A stretch of DNA of 64,000 bases from an uncultured Candidatus Saccharibacteria bacterium (GTDB lineage: Bacteria; Patescibacteriota; Minisyncoccia; Phycocordibacterales; UBA9973). Every line of letters begins with the position of its first letter. The stretch's first letter is position 1. The stretch spans positions 64,319 through 128,318 of the forward strand of contig CAYXTA010000002.1 in assembly GCA_964468315.1 (NCBI GenBank), given 5' to 3'. The notes below the pieces were generated by a model that saw only the letters and a program-made list of their open reading frames with translations, had not been told where the DNA came from and did not search any database. A program made the translations under genes and the position numbers. Positions 31,993-41,149 of the stretch are shown here, piece by piece.

Positions 31993-32673
31993 ATGATAAA
32001 ATACTTTATAAGTATATCATATATGACTTTTTTAGACACTATCTTGGATTTTATATTTCCTGTGAATTGTGTTTCTTGTGGTAAAAAAGGACAAGATTTT
32101 TGTTTATCTTGTTTATATGAATCTAGAATTGCCGAAAGAGAGACAAATCATTGGATTTATCCTGTTTTTGATTATAGGCACCCACCAATAAAGAAGGCTA
32201 TCTGGCTTTTAAAATATAAAGGTAAGCGCCGGATCGCGGAAATTTTCGGTGAAGTTTTGTATGGGAAAATAATGGAGGAATTATCGGAACTCTCGATATT
32301 TGAAAATTTCCGCGAGCCGATCCTTATCCCCATTCCCCTTTCTTCTAAACGTCTTCGTGAAAGAGGTTTTAATCAAGCAGAACTTATTTGTAAAAAAATT
32401 AAAAGTTTAGACAAAGAAAATATTTTTACTTTAGAAACAAAAATCTTAATCAAACCTAAAGATACAAAACATCAAGCGCAAATAGAAAATAGAAATGAAA
32501 GATTAAAAAATCTGATTGGTTCATTTGATATAAATTTTCCTGAAAAAATACAAGGAAGAAATATTATTCTAATAGATGATGTGACGACCACAGGTGCAAC
32601 ATTTGCTGAAGCAAAGAAAATCCTAAAATCCCATGGTGCTAAAAAAATTATCGGTTTTGCTGTGGCGCATTAA
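31993..32673 (+). CDS. comFC: ComF-family competence protein (phosphoribosyltransferase domain)
   Basis: N-terminal Cys4 (CVSCG...CLSC) and C-terminal PRTase motif IILIDDVTTTGAT. Confidence 0.8.
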   Translation: MIKYFISISYMTFLDTILDFIFPVNCVSCGKKGQDFCLSCLYESRIAERETNHWIYPVFDYRHPPIKKAIWLLKYKGKRRIAEIFGEVLYGKIMEELSELSIFENFREPILIPIPLSSKRLRERGFNQAELICKKIKSLDKENIFTLETKILIKPKDTKHQAQIENRNERLKNLIGSFDINFPEKIQGRNIILIDDVTTTGATFAEAKKILKSHGAKKIIGFAVAH

Positions 32674-33287
32674 GATTTTTTATTTTTGACGAACTCTTTA
32701 AATGCTTCTGTGTCGTTTTTTGACCCAAGTACGAAAACTTGGCTCATATCAAGTACGACATATTGAGTATTATATTGTGTGAATCTTGATAAGAAATCTT
32801 TTTCTATCAGACCATCAGCATTATTATCTTTGATAATCTGCAACTCTTTGTCTGAAATTTTATCAAGACCAAATTTCCATCTTCCCCATATTTTTTTATT
32901 TAATGGGTTTTTAATATCTAAAAGAATGGAATGAATAGTACTTCTCTGTTGGTAATCTTTACTCCCACTCTTTATGTAAGCTTTTGCTCGACTTCTACTG
33001 CCAGTAAAATACAATCCGTGTTTACCACCTAATTCTCCAGTAAAAGAATCTTTTCCTCTATCCTGATCAATCAATGTACCACCATGGTATACAATACTAT
33101 CAACTATACTCTCAGGGAAAATACTATCTAAATATTCTGAATATTGTTCTTTTGTTCCTATTATTGAAATTTCTGGATGTTGCTCAAACACAAAATCAAC
33201 ACCTTCCTTTATTTGAGGTTTTTCAATCTTACTTTCTTCTTGTTGCACTTTTTCAATTTTTGGAATATTTTTAGGAAATCCTTCCAT
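32670..33287 (-). CDS. Hypothetical protein with PARP/H-Y-E-type ADP-ribosyltransferase-like motifs
   Basis: VYHGGT (H68), GKHGLYFTGSRSRAKAY (Y93, Y104), QYNTQYVVLD (Q175). Order and spacing mirror PARP1 HGS...GKGIYFA...Y...YNEYIVYD, with Gln in the catalytic Glu position. Confidence 0.35.
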   Translation of the reverse strand: MEGFPKNIPKIEKVQQEESKIEKPQIKEGVDFVFEQHPEISIIGTKEQYSEYLDSIFPESIVDSIVYHGGTLIDQDRGKDSFTGELGGKHGLYFTGSRSRAKAYIKSGSKDYQQRSTIHSILLDIKNPLNKKIWGRWKFGLDKISDKELQIIKDNNADGLIEKDFLSRFTQYNTQYVVLDMSQVFVLGSKNDTEAFKEFVKNKKS

Positions 33288-33306
33288 ATAATTTATAATT
33301 TCTTAG

Positions 33307-33395
33307 CGGAGCCGGACGGATTCGAACCGTCGAGGGGTTTTGAAGCCCCTGCCTCTTTAGCAAAGAGGTACGTTAGACCACTCTGACACGGCTCC
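33307..33395 (-). tRNA. tRNA-Ser (anticodon GCT), long variable arm
   Basis: Reverse complement folds as ggagccg...D-arm...cctct-ttGCTaa-agagg-long variable arm-T-arm ggttcgaatcc...cggctcc-g. Confidence 0.85.
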
Positions 33396-33503
33396 TATAT
33401 TATACTAAACTTACAAACCAATAACACATAACACTTCTACAGTTTTGACTTTATCATGTTTGGCTCTATTTTTCCATAAAAGATAAAATGCTACAATGTA
33501 ACT

Positions 33504-34265
33504 ATGTTATTTAGACGTAAAACAAAAACTGGAGATAGTGTTGAAGAAGTAGAAAAATTAAAAAAATTACTGAATGCAAAATCAGAAATGGTTTCTATTG
33601 GTGCACACCAAGTGCGCACTTCCCTTTCTGCTATCAAATGGATTATAAAAATGTTCCTCGATGGTGATTTAGGTAAGCTTACAGCAGAACAAGAAAATCT
33701 TTTGCGAAAAGCATATGACGGAAATGATAAAGCGATAAATCTCGTAAGTGAAATCTTGCTCGTGAATAAATCTGAGGAAGTTGTCGAAAAAAAATATGTC
33801 TTCGAAAAAGTGAATATCGTAGAAATGATTGAGAATACTATTTTCGATTTCTCTGGTGAATCTCTCTGGCGTGGCATTGAGATAATTTTCCTCAAAACAG
33901 AAACATTATTACCAGAAACAAAAGTTGATAAAGAAAAAATATTAGTTGTATTGCAAAACTTAATAGAGAATGCGATTAAATACAGCAAATATCACGGGAA
34001 AATATTCGTCTCAGTTAAAACAGAAAAAGAAAATATAGAAATCTCAGTCAAAGATGCAGGCATAGGTATAAACGAAGATTCAAAAACAAAAATATTTGAA
34101 AAATTCTATCGTACAGAAAATGCACAAAAGAAAGAGGCTATGGGTTCTGGTATCGGCCTTTACACAACGAAAGATATAGTAGAGAAACACGGAGGCAAAA
34201 TATGGTTTGAATCAAAAGAAAACGAAGGCACAACATTTTTCGTGTCTTTACCAATATCAAAATAG
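33504..34265 (+). CDS. Small cytoplasmic sensor histidine kinase (HisKA + HATPase_c only)
   Basis: H-box GAHQVRTSLSAI; N-box NLIENAIKYS; G-boxes DAGIGI and GSGIGL. Confidence 0.8.
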   Translation: MLFRRKTKTGDSVEEVEKLKKLLNAKSEMVSIGAHQVRTSLSAIKWIIKMFLDGDLGKLTAEQENLLRKAYDGNDKAINLVSEILLVNKSEEVVEKKYVFEKVNIVEMIENTIFDFSGESLWRGIEIIFLKTETLLPETKVDKEKILVVLQNLIENAIKYSKYHGKIFVSVKTEKENIEISVKDAGIGINEDSKTKIFEKFYRTENAQKKEAMGSGIGLYTTKDIVEKHGGKIWFESKENEGTTFFVSLPISK

Positions 34266-34304
34266 CTTAGTTGCGAGGCTTTTAGTATGTAGTACAATAT
34301 ACGT

Positions 34305-34676
34305 ATGTCCAAAAAAATACTTATAATCGAAGATGATTTATTCTTACAAGGCCTAGAAGTTACAAAACTTAAAAAAGATGGTTATGAAATAGAAACGGCT
34401 GTAAATAGTGTAGAAGCTTTTAAAATATTAGAAAAAATGAAACCCGATATGATATTACTCGATCTTCTCTTACCAGAAGTGGATGGTTTTATGATTCTAG
34501 AAAAAATACGCGAGAATAAAGACATGGTGACTATTCCTGTTATAGTATTCTCAAATCTTTCTGAAGATAAAGACATAAAACGCGCACAGAAACTCGGCAT
34601 CAGTGAATTCATGATCAAGTCCAACTTTACGCTCGATGAGCTAACAAAGAAAATCAAAGAACTCATTGGTGCTTAA
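34305..34676 (+). CDS. Single-domain response regulator (receiver only)
   Basis: KILIIEDD...MILLDLLLPEVDGF...VIVFSNL...K. Confidence 0.8.
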   Translation: MSKKILIIEDDLFLQGLEVTKLKKDGYEIETAVNSVEAFKILEKMKPDMILLDLLLPEVDGFMILEKIRENKDMVTIPVIVFSNLSEDKDIKRAQKLGISEFMIKSNFTLDELTKKIKELIGA

Positions 34677-36846
34677 AACAATGCAATTGCATGACAAACT
34701 CGAAGAGACTTTTCGCCTCGACATAAACCAGAAAAAAGCTCTAAAAAAATTAGGGCTTATATCTCTACACGATTTACTTTTTTACTTCCCTACTCGGTAT
34801 TCTGATATGAGTCAGATAAAACAAATCAAAGATTTGGAAGTCGGTGAAAATGCCACAGTCTACGGAAAAATTTCAAAATTAAAAACAAAAAAAGGATTCA
34901 AATCAAAAATCCCTATGGGAGAAGCAGAGATAGAAGACCTTTCTGGAAAGATAAAAATTATTTGGTTTCATCAAGCATACTTGGCAAAAATGATACACGA
35001 AGGAGATAATGTAAAACTCACTGGTCGTGTAACAGAAAACAAAAGTGGTAAATATCTTACAAATCCAGAATTTGAAAAAGCACCAAACTTACCGATAGAT
35101 TCACACGACACACTTTTCGCAAAAGAAGGACAAAGAATAGATGAAGGTTTGTCATATCCAATATATCGTGAAACAAATGGCATCACTTCAAAATGGTTTT
35201 ATCATACAATAGAAAAAATATTTCACGCTGGAGTACTTAAAGAATTAGAAGATTATATACCAGAAGAAATAATTGAAAAATATCATTTACCAAGTTTGCG
35301 TACTGCCCTAGTATGGATACATACACCAAAAAATGAAAAAGATTCTACTTCTGCTCGCAAACGTTTTGCTTTCGAAGAAGTTTTCTTTATTCAATTGCAA
35401 AGACAAAAAGATAAACTTGAATATAAAAGAAATAAATCATTTCAAATAACAACAAATAAAAAGCTTGTAGATGAATTCTTAGAACGCTTCCCTTTTTCTC
35501 CGACAAAAGGACAATTAGATGCAATAGAAACTATTTCAAAAGATATTTCAAAAACAGAACCAATGTCTCGTCTTCTTGAAGGTGATGTAGGATCTGGTAA
35601 AACTGCAGTGGCTGCTACGGCTGCATATAGTGCGGTTACACAAAGACCAAATGGTCAGAATTTTGGAAACCTCCAAGTCGCTTATATGGCTCCGACAGAA
35701 ATATTAGCGACTCAACATTTTGAAAGTTTTATAAAATATTTTAAACATTTACCCATAAACATAGGACTCATCACTGGTTCTGGTTGTAGAAAATTTCCTT
35801 CAAAAGTAAATCCTGATGGGTGGACAACTATCTCACGCGCACAACTTTTGAAATGGACAGCAAATGGAGAAATGCCGATACTCATAGGTACACACGCTCT
35901 TATTCAAAAATCAGTAAAATTCAAAAATCTATCACTCGTCGTAATAGATGAACAACACCGCTTCGGCACTATGCAAAGAAAAAATCTAGTTCGTAAAGAC
36001 GGCTTCGCACCACATTTACTTTCAATGACCGCGACACCTATACCCCGTACTCTTGCACTCACGATTTATGGTGACCTTGATTTAACATTGCTTGATGAAA
36101 TGCCAGCAGGAAGAAAACAAGTAATCACTGATATCATCACTCCCGACAAGCGCGACGAAACGTATGAAAAAATAAAATTGGAAATGGCCAAAGGAAGACA
36201 GCTCTATGTCATCTGCCCTCGCATAGATGAACCAGATCCGGAGAAAGAAACTGCGCTCAATATGAAGTCTGCTGTTGCTGAAGCAAAACGTTTAAAGAAA
36301 GAAGTTTTTAAAGATTGTGAGATTGGAGTGCTTCACAGTAAAATGACTAAGCAGAAAAAAGAAGAAGTTATGGCGGAGTTCAGCGATGGAAAAATTGATA
36401 TTTTAGTAGCTACTTCTGTTATAGAAGTCGGCGTTAATGTTCCCAATGCAACAATAATTATCATCGAGGGGGCCGAAAGATTTGGCCTTGCTCAACTTCA
36501 TCAACTTCGTGGACGTGTAATACGTAGCAATGACCAAGCATACTGTTATGTATTCGCTGATGCAAAAACTGAAAAGACAATGCAAAGATTGAAAGCATTG
36601 AAAACTGCAAAAAATGGTTTTGAATTATCAGAGCTTGATTTAACTCTTCGTGGTGCAGGTGAACTCTCAGGTGCGAAACAATGGGGTATCACCGACCTCG
36701 GCATGGAAGCAATAAAAAATATAAAAATGGTTGAAGCCGCTCGTACCGAAGCAACTAACTTAATTTCCTCTGACCAAGATTTACACAACTATCCCCTCCT
36801 CAAAAAAATACTTTCAACAAAGCACTTAGAATTGCATTTTGAATAG
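34666..36846 (+). CDS. recG: ATP-dependent DNA helicase RecG
   Basis: Wedge/OB N-terminus, DEAH-type SF2 helicase (GDVGSGKT...VIDEQHRFG). Confidence 0.88.
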   Translation: MVLKTMQLHDKLEETFRLDINQKKALKKLGLISLHDLLFYFPTRYSDMSQIKQIKDLEVGENATVYGKISKLKTKKGFKSKIPMGEAEIEDLSGKIKIIWFHQAYLAKMIHEGDNVKLTGRVTENKSGKYLTNPEFEKAPNLPIDSHDTLFAKEGQRIDEGLSYPIYRETNGITSKWFYHTIEKIFHAGVLKELEDYIPEEIIEKYHLPSLRTALVWIHTPKNEKDSTSARKRFAFEEVFFIQLQRQKDKLEYKRNKSFQITTNKKLVDEFLERFPFSPTKGQLDAIETISKDISKTEPMSRLLEGDVGSGKTAVAATAAYSAVTQRPNGQNFGNLQVAYMAPTEILATQHFESFIKYFKHLPINIGLITGSGCRKFPSKVNPDGWTTISRAQLLKWTANGEMPILIGTHALIQKSVKFKNLSLVVIDEQHRFGTMQRKNLVRKDGFAPHLLSMTATPIPRTLALTIYGDLDLTLLDEMPAGRKQVITDIITPDKRDETYEKIKLEMAKGRQLYVICPRIDEPDPEKETALNMKSAVAEAKRLKKEVFKDCEIGVLHSKMTKQKKEEVMAEFSDGKIDILVATSVIEVGVNVPNATIIIIEGAERFGLAQLHQLRGRVIRSNDQAYCYVFADAKTEKTMQRLKALKTAKNGFELSELDLTLRGAGELSGAKQWGITDLGMEAIKNIKMVEAARTEATNLISSDQDLHNYPLLKKILSTKHLELHFE

Positions 36847-36847
36847 A

Positions 36848-39800
36848 TTATTTCTCAATACTTACTTTAAAATTTAAAGTATCAACTTTTACCTCTTCCC
36901 CACTATTAGCCTCAAACTTTATTTCACTCACCAAAATAGTTTTCTTAAAATCAGCTTCGAATTTTTCAATTAGATTTTTTCCTACTTCGTCTGTTTCAAT
37001 AGAAAGTGAAATGACATCTGAAGGAGTTAGACCTACTTTTTTACGCATATCTTGAATAGCACGAACTAATTCGCGATAATTCCCTTCTTCTTTTAACTCT
37101 GGAGTTATTTCTGTATTAAGAATTGTATAACTTTCAATATTTTCATCAAAAATAACTTCTTTAATATTTACTTCATCTTTTATAAGTTCAATATATTCTT
37201 CACCAAGTTTCATTCCTTTTATTTTCAATTCAGATAATGGTTGGCGTACAGGAATACTTGCTTTCTGACGATCTTTCAAACCAAGAGAAACATTATTTCT
37301 AACACTTTGCATTTCTTCGATAACTTTATTATTTACATCTTGATTAATTAGCCACTCACAAAGATGCACAGACTCTGGTTCATTTTTATTTTTTAATTTT
37401 TGATAAATATCTTCTGAAGCGAAAGGTGCAAATGGAGCCATAATCTTTGTAAGATTTTTTAATACAAAATGCAATGTTTGTTTTGCTTCTTTATCTCCTT
37501 CCTTTATGCGTTCTCGTGAGCGACGCAAATACCAAGTAGAAAGATCATCGATAAATTCTCTTACAGCTCTAACTGGTTCGAGGGTTTTATAATTATCAAG
37601 ATTCTCTGTAACATTTTTCAAAAGCTCATTAAAACGAGCGAGTATCCAAACATCTAAAACATTTTCTGATTCTATTTTTTCAAAATTTTCTAAATCTTTT
37701 TCTCTATAAAGTTCATAAAAGGCTACAACGTTATAAAGAAGTCCAAAGAATTGTCTGTGTAATTCCATAACAGTACGCTCGTCGAAATTTTTAGATTCTC
37801 CTGGTTGATTCACAGAGTACATCCAAAGACGAATAGTATCTGCTCCATATTTTTCAAACATAATCCATGGGTCGACAACATTACCACGAGACTTAGACAT
37901 CTTTTGTCCATTTGCATCGAGAATGTGTCCAAGACAAACAACATTTTTGTAAGCATTATTTGCTTCATCTGAAAGTAAATTTGCTACTGCGTGCAAAGTA
38001 TAAAACCATCCACGAGTCTGATCTATCGCTTCTGAAATGTAATCTGCTTTTGCAGGTGCAAAGTTTATTTCTCCTCCGAGTTTATGATTTTGTGCATACG
38101 GCATTGCTCCAGAATCAAACCAAACATCCATAACTTCTGAAGTACGAGTTAATGTTTCTCCATTATATTCCAATCTTACTTGGTCAATATATGGTTTATG
38201 AAAATCGAGTTCGAAATTTTGATTGTGCGGTAATGGTGTAAAATCCAATTCTTTTATTTCTGCATTTTGGAAATAGTGGAAATCTTTCAAATCTGAAACC
38301 ATAGAGAGAGTTTCTTCTATATTTTTCGCTTGTGCTCCAGCAAACAAAAGCCATGCTGGTCCACCATGAGTAACAAATAAAATATTTTTGTCTTTATATT
38401 TTTCTTCTACTTCGTACAAAAATGCTGTAACACGATTCTTTACATCTTGATATGATTCATCTTCTGCTATATGAGATTTAAAATTCTCAGGAGTTTTTAT
38501 ATGAGATTTATGATACTCTTCCCAATTTTTTCCGTCAAAAGATTCGATACCCATTTCACGAAGTCTTTCGTCCACTATCACTTTCTCTTTATCTAAACCT
38601 ATCTTTTCTCTAACTATTTCTGCTGTTTCAAGAGTACGAATAAAATCTGAAGTAAAAATCAAATCAATATTTTTATCTTTCATAGTTTCTGCAGATTTTC
38701 CTGCTTGTTCAATACCGTCAGCGTCTAAATGCCATTCCCCGTTAGGAATAGAACAAATAATACTTTTCTTATTTGCCTCTGTTTCACCATGACGCATTAC
38801 AAAATATTTATTTCCACTTTTCTTTGTATTTTTTTTCAAATCTTCTAAAGAAGAAATAACTTTATAGCTTCCATCTTCTTTCTGCCAAATAGGAAGTGGT
38901 GTTCCCCAATAACGATCACGAGAAATAGCCCAGTCTTTTATACCATCTAGCCATTCACCGAATCTTCCCTCTTTTATATGTTTTGGTTCCCAATTTATTT
39001 TTTCATTTCCATCAAGCAATTGCTGACGAAGTGCACTCATACGGAAATACCAAGATGTACGTGCATAATAAATAAGTGGTGTATCACAACGCCAGCAGTG
39101 TGGATAGCTGTGCATATGATTTTCTTTTTTAAACAATAATCCTCGAGAGGTAAGGTTGTCGATAATATCCACAGCGAGTGTCGGCTTACCATTTTCATCT
39201 GTTTCTTTAACATATCTTCCTTCTAAAAATTCTGTTCCTGAAACAAATTTTCCTTCTTCGTTTACTGTATGATATTTCGGTAAATTAACTTTTGTACCAA
39301 GATCGAAATCATCTGCTCCATACATAACAGCAGTGTGAACTATTCCTGTGCCATCTGTAGTTGTCACAAAATCAGCCCCGTACACCTTAAAAGCATTTTT
39401 TAAATTTCCTATTTGTGTTGGAACTTCTTTTTCAATATTATTTTTCAAATATAGAAATAGCGGTTCGTATTCTAGTCCAATTAAATCTTTACCTTTTATT
39501 TTTTCTAAAATTTCATATTCTTCAGTAATTACTGATAATCTACTTTCAGCTAAAATTAAAAATTCTTTATCTGTTTTTATTTTTACGTATTCAATATCTT
39601 CACCTACAGCTAAAGCGACATTGCCCGGTAACGTCCAAGGAGTTGTTGTCCATGCAAGCAAATAGACTTCACCAGATATGTTTTCTGAATGGTCTGGTGA
39701 CTTCCCCCGAGGACCTGAAGAAAATATTTCTGGTGAAGTAACACAGAACTTCACATAAACAGAAAGATCTTTCACGTCTTTATATGCTCCCGGCTGAGAA

Positions 39801-40387
39801 AGTTCATGACTTGAAAGAGCAGTACCACAACGTGTACACCAAGGAAGTACTTTGAAATCTTTATATAGGTGTCCGCGTTCATTTGCTTTCGCAACGACGC
39901 CCCACAAAGCTTCAATGTAATTATTTCGGTAAGTCACATATGGATTTTCTTGATCTACCCAATATCCCATACGATATGTAAATTTTTCCCATAATTCTAA
40001 AAATTGCCAGACGCTTTCTTTACATTGATCATTAAATTTTGCTACTCCGTATTCTTCAATAGATTTTTTAGAATTAAGACCAAGGGCTTTTTCTACTTGT
40101 AATTCCACAGGCAGACCATGAGTGTCCCAACCAGCTTTTCTTGGCACATGAAAACCTTGCATTGTCTTATAGCGAGGAATCACATCTTTGAAAGACCTTG
40201 CTTCTAAGTGGTGTATTCCAGGTTTACCATTTGAAGTCGGAGGTCCTTCATAAAATATATATTCACCTTTTGAATTTTCAGGTTTATTTAAACTCTTCAA
40301 AAAGATATCATTCTTTTTCCAAAATTCTAAAACTCCTTCTTCACGAAGTGCTGTCTCTGATTTAATTGTTTCATTTTTTTCTTCCAT
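36848..40387 (-). CDS. ileS: Isoleucyl-tRNA synthetase with in-frame inserted histidine-phosphatase domain (1179 aa)
   Basis: HIGH-type motif PPTSNGKPGIHH, editing domain (TTPWTLPGN), WAISRDRYWGTP, DVWFDSG, KMSKS (GQKMSKSRGN). Extra about 170 aa between W501 and KPYID. Confidence 0.9.
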   Translation of the reverse strand: MEEKNETIKSETALREEGVLEFWKKNDIFLKSLNKPENSKGEYIFYEGPPTSNGKPGIHHLEARSFKDVIPRYKTMQGFHVPRKAGWDTHGLPVELQVEKALGLNSKKSIEEYGVAKFNDQCKESVWQFLELWEKFTYRMGYWVDQENPYVTYRNNYIEALWGVVAKANERGHLYKDFKVLPWCTRCGTALSSHELSQPGAYKDVKDLSVYVKFCVTSPEIFSSGPRGKSPDHSENISGEVYLLAWTTTPWTLPGNVALAVGEDIEYVKIKTDKEFLILAESRLSVITEEYEILEKIKGKDLIGLEYEPLFLYLKNNIEKEVPTQIGNLKNAFKVYGADFVTTTDGTGIVHTAVMYGADDFDLGTKVNLPKYHTVNEEGKFVSGTEFLEGRYVKETDENGKPTLAVDIIDNLTSRGLLFKKENHMHSYPHCWRCDTPLIYYARTSWYFRMSALRQQLLDGNEKINWEPKHIKEGRFGEWLDGIKDWAISRDRYWGTPLPIWQKEDGSYKVISSLEDLKKNTKKSGNKYFVMRHGETEANKKSIICSIPNGEWHLDADGIEQAGKSAETMKDKNIDLIFTSDFIRTLETAEIVREKIGLDKEKVIVDERLREMGIESFDGKNWEEYHKSHIKTPENFKSHIAEDESYQDVKNRVTAFLYEVEEKYKDKNILFVTHGGPAWLLFAGAQAKNIEETLSMVSDLKDFHYFQNAEIKELDFTPLPHNQNFELDFHKPYIDQVRLEYNGETLTRTSEVMDVWFDSGAMPYAQNHKLGGEINFAPAKADYISEAIDQTRGWFYTLHAVANLLSDEANNAYKNVVCLGHILDANGQKMSKSRGNVVDPWIMFEKYGADTIRLWMYSVNQPGESKNFDERTVMELHRQFFGLLYNVVAFYELYREKDLENFEKIESENVLDVWILARFNELLKNVTENLDNYKTLEPVRAVREFIDDLSTWYLRRSRERIKEGDKEAKQTLHFVLKNLTKIMAPFAPFASEDIYQKLKNKNEPESVHLCEWLINQDVNNKVIEEMQSVRNNVSLGLKDRQKASIPVRQPLSELKIKGMKLGEEYIELIKDEVNIKEVIFDENIESYTILNTEITPELKEEGNYRELVRAIQDMRKKVGLTPSDVISLSIETDEVGKNLIEKFEADFKKTILVSEIKFEANSGEEVKVDTLNFKVSIEK
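38290..38830 (-). other. Histidine-phosphatase (phosphoglycerate-mutase family) domain embedded in IleS, approx. aa 520-700
   Basis: YFVMRHGETEANKK (RHG catalytic motif, codons at 38789..38794), DLIFTSDFIRTLETAEIV, IVDERLREMGIESFDGKNWEEY, LFVTHGGPAWLL (second His motif, codon at 38366..38368). Confidence 0.75.
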
Positions 40388-40690
40388 AATATTATTAAAG
40401 AAATCAAGATATGTATTTTAGGGGGTTGCTCATTCGACGGAATGAGCACTTCAGAAATTTTAAAGCTTTAAAATTTCGTACCCTAAAATATATTTCTGAT
40501 TTCTATTGTTAAAAATAAAAAAACTCGTCCCCGTACAACAATTTAAAATTGCTATACAAGGACGAGTTTCTCGTGGTACCACCTTGCTTACTTCTCATTT
40601 AATGGGTTCTACTTCCCGAAGGTTTCTTCCCAAAGCTCAGGGGTGATATCCCCTTCAACGCTTATATTTAAATATTACTACATATTTATA
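40388..40690 (-). promoter_or_regulatory. T-box riboswitch leader of ileS
   Basis: Minus strand carries the T-box sequence aaggtggtaccacgag, then terminator aaactcgtcc...ggacgagttt with a U-run. Upstream hairpin agggg-atATCac-cccct exposes AUC(A), the Ile specifier; the UGGU bulge matches discriminator A. Confidence 0.65.
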
Positions 40691-40698
40691 AAAAAGAA

Positions 40699-40730
40699 AA
40701 CCCCGCATCGCAGGGTTTACTTGTTTTTAA
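40699..40730 (-). terminator. Terminator of the 40727..41059 gene
   Basis: Minus strand aaaccctgcgatgcggggttttctttttt. Confidence 0.55.
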
Positions 40731-41059
40731 TTATTTACTTTTTTAAGCAATTCATCAATTTTTAATGCAATATCATTACTTTTTTTCCTTTGCAAATTTT
40801 TAGAAAAGAAATATTGTTTAGCACCATTTTTTTTACTTTGAATAAAAGCATAAAATGATAATTCAGAAGTTTTAAAAGTATCTAATATCATTTTACTTAC
40901 AGGAAAAAGTGGAACATGAATTTTAGTCCTTCCAATGAAACAGACTGCATTTCGTTCTGGCTCTTCTTGTTCTAAAGATGGATGTTTTGAAATGATCTCA
41001 TTTGCAAAATCACTTGCAGGAAAAATAAAATACTGCTCGACAAATTTTTTTGTTCCCAT
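40727..41059 (-). CDS. Hypothetical protein
   Basis: 110-aa ORF with its own terminator; no recognisable motif. Confidence 0.35.
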   Translation of the reverse strand: MGTKKFVEQYFIFPASDFANEIISKHPSLEQEEPERNAVCFIGRTKIHVPLFPVSKMILDTFKTSELSFYAFIQSKKNGAKQYFFSKNLQRKKSNDIALKIDELLKKVNN

Positions 41060-41149
41060 TTTATATAGTTTTAAAAGTTAATATTCTAAAATATTTATAG
41101 CAGAAAAAACAAACTTTGTCAAAAGCTGGTTTTAAAGAATATTAAAAAT

